Shown: piece after piece, positions 52,161 to 63,490 of the stretch | Numbering within the stretch: the stretch's first letter is position 1 | Layout of the letters: each line of letters begins with the position of its first letter | Source: Bugula neritina | Taxonomy: Eukaryota; Animalia; Bryozoa | Length of the DNA stretch: 64,000 nt | Assembly (NCBI GenBank): GCA_964035545.1 | Contig: OZ037766.1 | Span: forward strand, 15,304,722 to 15,368,721 | Direction of reading: 5' to 3' | Notes under the pieces: generated by a model | The model's database searches: none | Seen by the model: only the letters and a program-made list of their open reading frames with translations | Told to the model about the DNA's origin: nothing | Made by a program: the position numbers and the translations under genes

Positions 52161-55100
52161 CTACTCTTGTTCCTGTAGCAGCACTAGCTTCTGTATCGGA
52201 CGCTCTAGTGTTGTCCCAGCGTTAGTCTTTACTTTCACTCTTCTGACCCTGCCATCAGCACTTTTCAACGTTTCTTTGACCAATCCATAGGGCCATTCAT
52301 TTCGCAATACGTTCTCTTCTATAAGCATGACTAGATCTCCTGTATGAACATCACGTGTTTGGTTCTCCCACCTTTGTCGCTTTGTAATCTGCTGCATGTA
52401 TTCAACTTTCCATAGTCTCCAGAATTCTTCAGCAAACTGTTGAGCCTTTCTCCACATTTTTCTTCCATAGATCTCCGTGGTCTCAAATTTTCCTGGTGGG
52501 GGTCCTATCTGTCTTGATTTTGATGTCAGTAGATGATTTGGAGTGAGTATAGGTGCCTCAGGGTCATTCAAGCTGTTTATCGCCAATGGTCGGCTATTGA
52601 CCGTAGCCATTGCCTCATAGAAGGCAGTACGGAGCCCCGGTGTATCCAGCCTGTCGTACTTACCTGTAGATTTCATACCTTCCAATACAGATCGTACACT
52701 ACGAATTTGGCATTCCCAAACACCCCCAGCATGGCTCGAATGTGGCGCATTGAACTGGAAGGTGATTCGATTTTCCTTTAAAAATGTTGTTAGTGCAGAT
52801 GACCCTTGGTCCATTGCATGGAGTTCTCTTGTGAGCTCGTTGTCGGCTCCAACAAAGTTGGTCCCTCTGTCACAGTAAATCATATTTATTGCTCCTCTGA
52901 TGCAGATCAGTGTTCTTAAAGCGTTCAGAAATGAATCTGTTGTCATATCCGGCAACAACTCTATATGCACAGCTCGGGAGTACATGCACGTGACAAGGAG
53001 GCCCCATCTTTTTACTTCTGACCACCTGTCTTTAACGGTAAAGGGTCCAAAGCAGTCTATGCCTATATTTGTAAATGGTGGTGTTGGATTTAGTCTTTCT
53101 GTGGGTAGCATTGACATGATTTGGGTAATAGGCTTGCCACGCAGCCTGTTGCAGGTGACGCATTTGCTCAACATAGACTTCACAAGTCTTGTGGCTCCGA
53201 CAATCCAGTACCCTGCAGTTCTAATTGCACTTAGTGTAGATGTTCTCCCTAGGTGATAAATGCTGTTGTGATAGTGCCGGACTATTAGAGACGTTACATG
53301 TGCATCACGAGGGAGAATTATGGGGTGCTTCTCTTCATAGCTGAGCACCTGTGATCTCTGCAACCTCCCACCTACACGCATAATGCCGGCTCTATCAATG
53401 AATGGGTTAAGTTTAGCAAGAGGTTTAGATTTTGACAATTGCTGTCCTTGCTTTACTGTACTGTAGTCCTCTTTGTAGTGGCTCTGCTGGACGGCTGAGA
53501 TAATTCTCGTCTCAGCTTCATGGAGACTCTCTGCGGAACATGGTTTAACACACCAGGTCTTCTTTTCATTGCGGTGAATGCTTCGGATGACTGTGATAGA
53601 GCGTACAAGCTTTGACCAGGTGGAAAACTTGAGAAATTTGTCAATAATGCCAGTTGGTCTAATAGCGGTTTGCATAACTTTCGCTTTCTTTATCTCGGGA
53701 TCTTGGGGATCAAGGTTGTTTACGGAATTTTGCTCTTGGTTTAAAAGGGTGATTGTAGGCTCCTTGAGAAAGCCTGGTCCTGAGAACCAGCTTGTATTGG
53801 AGAGTTGATCGCAGGGTTTACCCCGAGAAGCGATGTCAGCTGGATTTAAAGGTCCAGGCACATGGTACCACTGCTTTTCTTCTGTGGTGGATGTAATAGC
53901 CCGTACTCGATTGTGGACAAAAGGATGATATTTCTTCGTGGTGTTGGCTATCCATCCTAACACAATTTCTGAGTCTGACCAAAAGTACTCTGCATCAAAC
54001 TTCATATCTAGCTCCTTGTGAAGCATCTTACTCAGATGAGTAGCCATTACAGCACCCATAAGCTCTAGGCGAGGCATTGTGAAAAGTCCTTTAGATGGTA
54101 TTACTCTTGATTTTCCGATCAAGAATGAGACTTGCACATTGCCTTTGTTGTTGATTTGGCGTATGTATGAGCACGCACCAATTCCATCTTCACTGGCATC
54201 GCAAAAGTTGTGTAATTCACGTCTTACAACTTCTCCGTAATTCTTCGGTTTCAAGCATCTTGGAATGCTGATTTGTTCTAAGGCTGGTAACTGATCCATC
54301 CACCTGCTCCATTTGTCGGCTAAGGTATCAGGAATTGGATCGTCCCAATCCAAATTGGCCTTGTTGACCTGCTGTAGTATATTTTTTCCTAGGAGTGTGT
54401 ATGGAGCCAGGAATCCTAGTGGATCATATAACTGACTGACTGTTGATAAAATTCCCCGTCTAGTATTTTGTCTGTTCTGGATTTGATTGATAAACTTGAA
54501 CGTGTCTGATTCCATGGCCCATTGTAAACCCAAGGTGCGCTGTTCAGGTAGTAACTCCATTAACTCTTTGTTCTGAACAGATCTTTCAGACTCTGGCAGT
54601 GCTGCTAGAACTTCTGCACTGTTAGATGCAAACTTATGTAAGCGCAAGTTTCCCTTGCTGCAGATGTCACGAGCCGCATTTATAAGAGCAATCGCTTCGC
54701 CTTCTGAGGCAACACTGGTGATACCATCATCGACGTAAAAGTCACGGTTGATGAACATTGTGGCCGCATTGGAAACAGAGCTGTGGTCCTGTGCGATTTT
54801 TCTCAAGCCATATGTTGCAACACCAGGGGAGGACTTTGCACCGAAAAGATGCACCTTCATTCTGAAGGTTTGCTGTTGGCCATGTTGGTCATGCCAAATG
54901 AACCGGAGATAATCTCTGTCATCGGATGTGACAAGAAAGTTATAGAACATTTGCTGTATGTCACAGCTGATTGCTATAGACTCTCTCCTAAAACGGCACA
55001 ATATTCCTATAAGGGAGTTCATGTGGTCAGGGCCTTGCAGGAGATGGTCATTCAAGGATGTGCCCTGGTAGGAGGCCTTACAGTCAAACACCACCCTCAA

Positions 55101-57995
55101 TTTATTCTTCTGGGGATGCTTCACTGCAAAATGTGGTATGTACCACCTTTCCCCATTTGCTCCACTGTTATCATCTACTGGCTCAGCCAGATCTTGCTCC
55201 AGTAGCTCATTCATAAATTTTTTATAATCAGCTTCCAGTTCAGGGTCTTTCATAAAGCGCTTCTCTAGGCCCTCTAGCCTTCTCTTTGCCTGTTGAAAGT
55301 TATTTGGGAGAGTCGGGCGCTCCTTGAATGGCAATGGCATCATATAGTTGCCGCTTTCACTAATGGCTGTTTGACTATCTAATATCTCAATAAACTTGTA
55401 GTCTTTTTGTGAGAGCAAACAGCTGTCATCATTATCGTCAAAAGTAAGACAAGTTGCATGAACCTTTTGTTTGGTGTGTGAGCTTTTCGCGACACCAAAC
55501 ACAGCCCAGCCAAGCTCCGTTCGAAGGGCATATGGCATGTTACCATCCCCTTTTACAGCTTCCAATGGAAATGAGGCCATTGTACAGTTAGCGCCAATCA
55601 AGAGACCTACTGGTATGTCCATTGGGGGTGCCAGTTTACTGGCCAAGTGGCTGAGGTGCGGTTGCTGTAGTATGTTCGTGTGATTAGCAAATTCTCCAGT
55701 GGAGTTGGGTATTTCGTTCCATTCATAGACAGATGAAAGAGCTACTTCACCGCCGTAATATCCTTTAATTAGCATATCACCAAAGACGTTGACTTCCTCC
55801 TTTTGAACTTCACCAATCATCGTTTCTACTTCAACCGATTTTCTTCCAAGCTGTCGTGGTTTCAGCTTTTTGGCTAAGTCTTTTGTTATGTAAGAGTGAT
55901 CTGATGCAGAGTCAAGAAATGCATACACTAGAATCTTGGCTTTAGGATTAGCAGTGGTTGACACATACACAGGCATCCCCATGTTGAAGATCTTGTTATG
56001 TGTAGGCGTTCTTGTGTTCTTACTTGAGAGTTTGGTTTGATCTTTATTGTCTTGTGCTGAAGGTGGCAATCGACTGTCAGGCCATTCTGCTGCACTTGTA
56101 ATCCTGTTAGAAGTCTGAGTAGTTGAAAAGCTAGATGGTGAGGCTTGGATGTCACTCCTTTTCATTTGTTGTTCACCACTCTGCTGTACTGATGATGGCT
56201 GTTGAGAGGCGTATTTACTAGGCCTTTTGTGCTCTGTTCCTTGGTTCTCTTCATTCCAGTCTTCTTTTGTTTTGTGTAGGCATGTAGCATGGCCAGGCCT
56301 TTTACACTTTCTGCAGATCTGCTTGTCATTGTAGAAACAATTGGTAGCCATATGGCCAGGCCGGGCGCAAATGTAGCACAGCATTTCATTTGTTACAAAT
56401 TTCATGCGTTGGCTGTAGGGTTTCTCGCATAGCTTGAAACACTCAGCCACGATATGACCCTTTTGGTGACAGTACAGGCACTTTCGTGGTTCCTGGGTGC
56501 TTGCTGTGTTAGTCATGAATGATTTTGTATTTGGTCTTCTTTTCTCATTTCTTTCAGTGTTTTGCATCAAGGGTAGAGAACACACCTCTGCTAAGTCATC
56601 CACGAATAAGGAGAACTCAGAAAATTTGGGGTATCGCATTTCTGTTTTTTGCAGGCGGTGCACCACGGCTACCCACTTTTTATGTGCCCAATCGGGTAGT
56701 ACTCTTGCAAGTTTCTCATTAGTATGCTCATCATCAAGGCTAGTTAACCCTGATACTGAGCTCATAGCGTTTCTGCAGCTCTCCAAGTAATCTGCGTACT
56801 TCTGAAGGGCTTGGTGGTCATCTATTGCAATCTTCTTCCAGTTATCTAGTGCGTTTTTCATTGATCGAGCTACGTCGAGTTTGTTACCATATCTTGAGGA
56901 CAGCTTCTGACGTGCTTTGTAGTAGCTATGCTCTGTTCGTATTAGAAAATGTTCGCTAATACATTCTTTTGCAGGGCCGTCTACATATTTCTTCAGGTAT
57001 CTCAACCTTTCTGGTCCTTCCTCTATGCCCATGGATGTTAAGTAACTGTCAAAATCACATTCCCAATCATCAAACTCTAAAGTGTTGCCCTTGAAGATAT
57101 CTGGTTCAATATCTGCTTTCCTTGTAAGTTTGATTCCCTGAGCAATCTTATTGGTGAGTTGGCGGATGGAATCATCACTTGACTGACTAGTTTTGAATGC
57201 GTGATTTGCTCTCTCATTGCCACTTAAGTATTGAAGATTGTCCCGGGGTTTGACATCAGTGTTTGGGGGTGTTGCGGGGGCAGACCACAAGTCTATCGGG
57301 TCAGTTCTGATCACGTGCACTTCTAAATTCTTCTCATCTCTCACTAAGTTTCTGTTCAGTGGTGTGGATTCCGCGGCGGCCATTTGTAGTTGCCGGGCTT
57401 GTTCTTCTACCAGTTGAACCTTTTCCCTCTCAGCCAGATACTCTTCAAACTTGCGCTGCTCTTCTTCCAATAATTTCTGCTTACTTGCTAGCTCTTCCTG
57501 TTCCTTGCATTTCTCCTCTTGGATAGCCATACCTTGTCGTATCTCTAGAATCTTTTCTGTAATTTTACCGACTTCCCCAATAAAAGACTCAAAGTGTTTT
57601 TCTATTTTTGTTTCCACTTTATTGTCAGATAATTGCAGAAGTTTAGCATAATCAGATGTAATAGACTCAGCTTTTGTTTCTATTTCAGCAACACAAGTAT
57701 CAAGAGTATCTAACATATAAACATCATTACGGCATCTTTTAAAAATAACATCAACAGCACGAAGCTCTCTGTTTATAGCAGCATATAGTGAAAATGCCAG
57801 CTCATTTTTCTGGCTCTCTTTGCCAAGATTTGAAACTTTGATTGTGCGTACAGGCCTTGTTTTGGTTGGCGCCACAATTTCACCTTTTGCATTGCTAGTA
57901 CATGATTTGTTGCTAACTGGTTGTATTAGCGGAGCTGCTAGATTCTTGTCAGAATAGTCATCTAGATCAAGCAGGCTAACATTCGCTTTGGCCAT
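52161..57995 (-). CDS. BEL/Pao Gag-Pol polyprotein (1944 aa): Gag, three Cys/His knuckles, aspartic protease, RT, RNase H, integrase
   Basis: CLYCHQKGHIVAEC, CYICARPGHMATNC, CRKCKRPGHATCLH; YAFLDSAS; WYIPHFAV..LRVVFD..FYVDD; LHNFCDAS..MPRLEL..NPADIASRG; HNSIYH..CVTC; IDCFGP..CDRGTNF..GGVWE. Order PR-RT-RH-IN in one frame. Confidence 0.96.
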   Translation of the reverse strand: MAKANVSLLDLDDYSDKNLAAPLIQPVSNKSCTSNAKGEIVAPTKTRPVRTIKVSNLGKESQKNELAFSLYAAINRELRAVDVIFKRCRNDVYMLDTLDTCVAEIETKAESITSDYAKLLQLSDNKVETKIEKHFESFIGEVGKITEKILEIRQGMAIQEEKCKEQEELASKQKLLEEEQRKFEEYLAEREKVQLVEEQARQLQMAAAESTPLNRNLVRDEKNLEVHVIRTDPIDLWSAPATPPNTDVKPRDNLQYLSGNERANHAFKTSQSSDDSIRQLTNKIAQGIKLTRKADIEPDIFKGNTLEFDDWECDFDSYLTSMGIEEGPERLRYLKKYVDGPAKECISEHFLIRTEHSYYKARQKLSSRYGNKLDVARSMKNALDNWKKIAIDDHQALQKYADYLESCRNAMSSVSGLTSLDDEHTNEKLARVLPDWAHKKWVAVVHRLQKTEMRYPKFSEFSLFVDDLAEVCSLPLMQNTERNEKRRPNTKSFMTNTASTQEPRKCLYCHQKGHIVAECFKLCEKPYSQRMKFVTNEMLCYICARPGHMATNCFYNDKQICRKCKRPGHATCLHKTKEDWNEENQGTEHKRPSKYASQQPSSVQQSGEQQMKRSDIQASPSSFSTTQTSNRITSAAEWPDSRLPPSAQDNKDQTKLSSKNTRTPTHNKIFNMGMPVYVSTTANPKAKILVYAFLDSASDHSYITKDLAKKLKPRQLGRKSVEVETMIGEVQKEEVNVFGDMLIKGYYGGEVALSSVYEWNEIPNSTGEFANHTNILQQPHLSHLASKLAPPMDIPVGLLIGANCTMASFPLEAVKGDGNMPYALRTELGWAVFGVAKSSHTKQKVHATCLTFDDNDDSCLLSQKDYKFIEILDSQTAISESGNYMMPLPFKERPTLPNNFQQAKRRLEGLEKRFMKDPELEADYKKFMNELLEQDLAEPVDDNSGANGERWYIPHFAVKHPQKNKLRVVFDCKASYQGTSLNDHLLQGPDHMNSLIGILCRFRRESIAISCDIQQMFYNFLVTSDDRDYLRFIWHDQHGQQQTFRMKVHLFGAKSSPGVATYGLRKIAQDHSSVSNAATMFINRDFYVDDGITSVASEGEAIALINAARDICSKGNLRLHKFASNSAEVLAALPESERSVQNKELMELLPEQRTLGLQWAMESDTFKFINQIQNRQNTRRGILSTVSQLYDPLGFLAPYTLLGKNILQQVNKANLDWDDPIPDTLADKWSRWMDQLPALEQISIPRCLKPKNYGEVVRRELHNFCDASEDGIGACSYIRQINNKGNVQVSFLIGKSRVIPSKGLFTMPRLELMGAVMATHLSKMLHKELDMKFDAEYFWSDSEIVLGWIANTTKKYHPFVHNRVRAITSTTEEKQWYHVPGPLNPADIASRGKPCDQLSNTSWFSGPGFLKEPTITLLNQEQNSVNNLDPQDPEIKKAKVMQTAIRPTGIIDKFLKFSTWSKLVRSITVIRSIHRNEKKTWCVKPCSAESLHEAETRIISAVQQSHYKEDYSTVKQGQQLSKSKPLAKLNPFIDRAGIMRVGGRLQRSQVLSYEEKHPIILPRDAHVTSLIVRHYHNSIYHLGRTSTLSAIRTAGYWIVGATRLVKSMLSKCVTCNRLRGKPITQIMSMLPTERLNPTPPFTNIGIDCFGPFTVKDRWSEVKRWGLLVTCMYSRAVHIELLPDMTTDSFLNALRTLICIRGAINMIYCDRGTNFVGADNELTRELHAMDQGSSALTTFLKENRITFQFNAPHSSHAGGVWECQIRSVRSVLEGMKSTGKYDRLDTPGLRTAFYEAMATVNSRPLAINSLNDPEAPILTPNHLLTSKSRQIGPPPGKFETTEIYGRKMWRKAQQFAEEFWRLWKVEYMQQITKRQRWENQTRDVHTGDLVMLIEENVLRNEWPYGLVKETLKSADGRVRRVKVKTNAGTTLERPIQKLVLLQEQE

Positions 57996-58582
57996 TTGAT
58001 TAATTTTGATTACAGCAAAAACTTACAAATACCGTTCACTATAAAACTAATGTGCTGCTATGTGCAATAAATTGGCAGTAGATCAGGCCGTATATATAAC
58101 CTCAACTTGATTGTTTGTTTTGATAATTAATTACGTGCTAGGCTAGCAAGCCTGACAACTGCAGCGTGGGTTTCTGCCACACAACTGGGTCAATCCCACA
58201 ATGGACCAATGGAAGCTAATGAACAATTCAAACCACCAATAGGATGCAGGAACACTTATCATTACCTCCACCCACACTAATTAGTGCTGCTTTGTTGGAA
58301 GCACTGATTCCTAATTAGCTTTACAAACACAAAAATCTTTTTAAAAGTTCAAATAATACCAGAAATAGTAGATACTCTAGATATTTTCATGAAGAGATAA
58401 AATTCACTGTTACAATACTCCTCATATAATTAAAATTGCAATTTGCACAAGAAATTAATATAAAGTTAAAGCTTTTGTGGTAAATATGTCATTAAAATGC
58501 ACAGATTTACTTATCTTCTAGTACCCTCCTGTACTATAGCTTTATTGAGCTTCAGGAGTTGTCCCTTCAGATGATTGTTTTA

Positions 58583-58779
58583 GGTGTGGCTCTACGGGGC
58601 ATCACAAGGTGTCTCTTTCTGGACTTTATTTCAGGTGTGGCTCTACGGGGCGTCACAAGGTGTCTCTTTCTGGACTGTATTTCAGGTGTGGCTCTACGGG
58701 GCGTCACAAGGTGTCTCTTTCTGGACTATATTTCAGGTGTGGCTCTACGGGGCGTCACAAGGTGTCTCTTTCTGGACTT
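58583..58779. repeat. 51-bp tandem repeat (4 copies) in the element 5' leader
   Basis: Unit GGTGTGGCTCTACGGGGCGTCACAAGGTGTCTCTTTCTGGACT(A/G/T)TATTTCA; further copies lie within the rearrangement at 59330-59595. Confidence 0.92.
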
Positions 58780-59846
58780 TGTTAAAGATTTCACTGTAGC
58801 AGTTTTGTTAGGTCTGCTAGTAACCGCAAGCTTATCAGAGTAGGTTTAGGAATTCAACTGATGTCTTGTGAGTGTAGTTATTAGTATTTTATTCCAACTT
58901 ATAACACTTTTGCTCACAAAGCTACACCGTGAAATCTAAATAAAATACACACAATATAAGGCTAAATAAAGTACAAGAAAATAAGAACTGTAAGGAAATA
59001 ACACACATAAAATTATTAAAGTAAGCAAAATTGTAAACTCTCTTTTAATTTTTGTAAAATTAAAAGAGAGTTTACAATTTTGCTTACTTTAATAATTTTA
59101 TGTGTGTTATTTCCTTACAGTTCTTATTTTCTTGTACTTTATTTAGCCTTATATTGTGTGTATTTTATTTAGATTTCACGGTGTAGCTTTGTGAGCAAAA
59201 GTGTTATAAGTTGGAATAAAATACTAATAACTACACTCACAAGACATCAGTTGAATTCCTAAACCTACTCTGATAAGCTTGCGGTTACTAGCAGACCTAA
59301 CAAAACTGCTACAGTGAAATCTTTAACAAAGTCCAGAAAGAGACACCTTGTGACGCCCCGTAGAGCCACACCTGAAATATAGTCCAGAAAGAGACACCTT
59401 GTGACGCCCCGTAGAGCCACACCTGAAATACAGTCCAGAAAGAGACACCTTGTGGCTCTACGGGGCGTCACAAGGTGTCTCTTTCTGGACTGTATTTCAG
59501 GTGTGGCTCTACGGGGCGTCACAAGGTGTCTCTTTCTGGACTATATTTCAGGTGTGGCTCTACGGGGCGTCACAAGGTGTCTCTTTCTGGACTTTGTTAA
59601 AGATTTCACTGTAGCAGTTTTGTTAGGTCTGCTAGTAACCGCAAGCTTATCAGAGTAGGTTTAGGAATTCAACTGATGTCTTGTGAGTGTAGTTATTAGT
59701 ATTTTATTCCAACTTATAACACTTTTGCTCACAAAGCTACACCGTGAAATCTAAATAAAATACACACAATATAAGGCTAAATAAAGTACAAGAAAATAAG
59801 AACTGTAAGGAAATAACACACATAAAATTATTAAAGTAAGCAAAAT
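58636..59846. repeat. Inverted triplication (direct-inverted-direct) of leader repeats plus the inner 237 bp of the 5' LTR
   Basis: Palindrome 58654-59454 centred on a 3-nt loop (59053-59055); 59451-59846 repeats 58636-59031 at offset 815. Confidence 0.92.
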
Positions 59847-60420
59847 ATTACTGCATAATAATTCATTAAAAATAATGTCAGCTATAAACCATTTCAAATA
59901 ATATAAGCCAAATGCATCGATATTACAGCATTAAGACAATAAATGATAGAAAAATTAATAGCAGACAAACCTTTAGCACTTCTCTGATAACTTGATAATA
60001 CAGCTTCTGCTCTTAGGTTTCAATAGATAGTAATATATATCTTGTTTAATGTAAAATTATAAGTAGTATACTTGCTCTTTGGCTCTACTAATTGAAACTG
60101 ATCAGGATAACCAATGCTTTCCAACAGCAGCAGAATAATACACAAACAACAAATAAACAAAAATGATGTGTTCCAGATCCCATTGGTCACCCAAATTGCA
60201 CCACCAGCCCCAAGTAATTCCAAATAAGGGAACAGAAATATTCTGGCAGATTTGTTGTCTTGGGCTTTTGCAATACACTTGATTCATTGATTGTGGCTTT
60301 TGCTGCGCAGTTGTAGGAATTTATTGTTTTGTTTAGGGGCTATTAATATGCTATGACGATGGACTATGACACACGCACACACACAGTGTGCATGTAAACA
60401 TGCTGCCAGCTACTGCTACA
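59610..60420 (-). repeat. 5' LTR of the BEL/Pao element
   Basis: Direct repeat of 51153-51963. Confidence 0.95.
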
Positions 60421-60788
60421 GAGATGTATCGTTCATAGCTTCCCATAGCCATACCAAAATTTCTGACAACAAACGGAACAGCTGTAAGTATTGTAATCGA
60501 TACTTGAAAGATTCTGGCAATAGTGGTTGGTAGAGTTATAATTTGTTTGTTCAACTCACAGCTGAATGCCAGAGAGAAAGCAGAGCCGGTTACGATGTCG
60601 CATATCCCAATGTTGATTACTGTCCAGAAATATGCATTTCTTTTAGACTTGTCTAACTTCTTCAGAAAAATTAGATTAAGGATGTTAAATATAACACTAA
60701 AAATGTTGAAATATGACAAAACTGCCGATTCAGTAGATTCTACACAAAAATCAGTTATTTCATCACACAGAACACTAGTATTTTCCAT
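60421..60788 (-). pseudogene. 5' half (N-terminus, TM1-TM3, ERY motif) of the same GPCR
   Basis: MENTS..FNILNL (TM1)..IGICD (TM2)..SYERYIS. Reconstructed allele is 930 nt, 309 aa, ERYISICFPY, no stops. Confidence 0.88.
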
Positions 60789-61784
60789 GATGAAATTTTA
60801 ATTTAACACAGTTTGACTTTAGAACACAATTAGCTGTAGTGGTTTCATTTGCTGAAATGTTTAAAATATACTATGTATCAGACTTATTTATGTAAAAGCT
60901 TTTATTATCTAAAGAAAGATGAGAATATTGATTGTGAGACAGTATGTTAATGTAAAGGAACTTCATTAATTTAGAATAGCAAAACCATCAGCTCGAGGTG
61001 TTGCTGCTACATTTTATAATTATACAAAGAAACTATTTCTTAAAAATTAATTTGATGGTTAGTAACCTTTAGCTAATGTATTCAAATACTATTCTTATTC
61101 ATCCCAGTAAACTATATATATAATAATTCTTGCAGGTATCAAGTGCTGATTAACTACAAAACAAGTGGTATATACTAACTGATTAACAAGAAATAAGCTT
61201 TATGATCATATAATAAGCTTCACGTCAATGCGTATATAATTAATAAATATGTTAACTATATTACGTGTTGATAGAAAGCTTTATATAATATTATATTCTA
61301 TATGTAAGCTTCAATGATGTTATTTTAAATGATTTTATATATGTCTATATACAACTATTTAATTTTTTTTCTCTTATCAACCCTTTAGCTAGTTGTAAAA
61401 TATTGTTTGATATTTTTCGATTTTTGATTGGGATTGAATCTTTAGATAAGCATAAAAGGTCAGAGATCATGATGAAGCAAACCCTCACCTTTTTTTTCAA
61501 CCATTGTGATCTATAGCATAGCATGGTAAATAGTTGTATTTTCATTATATCATAGAGTAGACAACTTTATACCCAGGTAATATATTTGCAGTGAAGTATA
61601 GACTATCCTAAACATTTCATTAGTTTAATTATATACACAAAGCTTGTTAGTAAGCCAAACGCATTTGTGATGGGAACTATAGCAGCTCATTGTGTTTTGC
61701 CTTTAATTTTTCTTTAAAGGCCAGCTTCAAAACTTGTGCTTCCCATTTAAAGGTAACTTGTAAAAGTACATATTTGATATTACC

Positions 61785-62534
61785 CAATCAGCATTCTCTT
61801 TAACACCATTTTCTGTTGAATATTCTTTAATTCTCCTTCCAAAGTTATTTCATCATTTTTTCATTTTTTTTCTTTCTCAGCTGAGCCATTTTTGTATGTG
61901 TTTTTTATTTCTATTCTCAAACACTGCCAATTATTTTTTTTTCACAATCTGCAGTGTTTTCTAATTTTATTAGTATTTTAGAGCTTTTTTCATTTTTTCA
62001 TTGCCTTCTTTCACAAACTCACAAACCTTTTTATTTCTGAAGTTTTCTGTTTCAACAGCTACTCCTTCATCAGTTTCTCTTCGTTCTTTACTGATGCATC
62101 TTCTATTTTTACTTTATTTCCAGTTTCTCCTTTTTTCTCTCTTATATGAGCACTATTTGCTGTTTTTGATTCTTCATATTTTTTGCCATCTCCCACCTTT
62201 ACCTGTCTACTTCCTTTCTCTATGTCTGAAGTTTCAGTATAATCTCTCCCTCATCTAAATAACCTGTCTCATCATTCTTTCTATCTTTAGCTTTAGCTGA
62301 GTCATCACCATATTTTTTTATTTCCTCTGTAAAACATTTCCATTTCTATTCTACCCTTTGTCTCTTCTTTTTCAATTATCTCTTTTTTCAAAGCTTTATT
62401 GACCCTTTCCTGGCTTTTTCTTTAGCAATTTTACTCCTGTTTGTTTTTTCAAGTTCTTCCATTTTACCTTCTTTTTTTAACTTAATAAATCCTCTTTCAG
62501 CTTTTTGATCTTCATTTTTCAAGCTCATTACTCT
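61785..62534 (-). pseudogene. Decayed Lys/Glu-rich coding-like segment
   Basis: Strongly purine-biased minus strand; MSLKNEDQKAERGFIKLKKEGKMEELEK.., EIIEKEETKGRIE.., TETSDIEKGSRQVKVGDGKKYEESK.. in shifting frames with stops. Confidence 0.35.
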
Positions 62535-63490
62535 AAAAATTCATCCAAAACATGATGGTTGTTGACTTACAGTATTAGATGTTTAGTTCAGTCAGTTTTT
62601 ACACTTCAAACAATATAATAGAGGTAAAACTTTGAATAGCAATATATGTATGACTAACAAACTTCTAAAGTACAAATACATAAAACTATATAAGCTGTCT
62701 CGCATTATTTATTCACACGGTAAATCACACCTACCATGAGCATAAAATACCAGCTCAATGATACATATATCTACATACATGTGAAAGAAGTTTTCTATAG
62801 ATTCAATCCTCATAACTCAATTGTAGATAATAAAAGGCAATAAGAACACACATTTAGGTTTCAATAAAGTAATACTGAAATATTTGTAAGAATACCTCCA
62901 ATTTTTTTCCCAAAGCTATAGACTAAATTATTCCATAAATAGTTACTCAACCTCTACACATATTTTGTAAGTTATATTATCTAAAATATAACAATTGTTG
63001 TTTACGGTATTGCTTTGCTTTTACATCTAACTATAAGCATAGTGTGGTTTGGGATTCTCCAGTTACTAATAGCAACTTTGTGGGACATCAAATGCTTTTA
63101 GATTCTCAAAGTACATGCACACATTCTTTCTTTACCATGTCTAGTGTAATATCTGACATCTTAAGATAAGATAGTGTGAGACAAAATATGTTTCTGCCAC
63201 CAGTGGCCAATTATAGCTAAAACCTAAAATCATATTGTTTTTCTTCTTAACATGATATTGTAATGGATTCTCATCCTCTATTGTTCTGAAATAACTGCGT
63301 GCATCAGTATACTATAAATACTGTTGCGTATCGTTCTTAATGCTGTAATTATAGTTAAGTAAGCTAGCTTGCTAATGCCTAAGTATGGTGATTACTGTTA
63401 AGCTTTCAGCGTAATGTAATTTTACTGAAATACGCATTCTGAAGTTATGTAAATATCTCTTTTACTATTGTTGCTTTCTTTTGTGTGTGT

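Larger units (their letters stand above)
51153..60420 (-). mobile_element. Full-length BEL/Pao LTR retrotransposon, recent insertion
   Basis: 811-bp LTRs TGTAGCAG...CTGCTACA at 51153-51963 and 59610-60420 with no differences seen by eye; TSD GAGAT (51148-51152, 60421-60425); PPT AAGGTGGGAG next to the 3' LTR (51964-51973); intact gag-pol. Confidence 0.96.

Noticed and set aside
58559-59658. GVALRGVTRCLFLD repeat ORFs and a CRISPR-like appearance
   Set aside because: Contiguous 51-bp tandem units without unique spacers or cas genes, inside a retrotransposon leader; ORFs arise because 51 is a multiple of 3.
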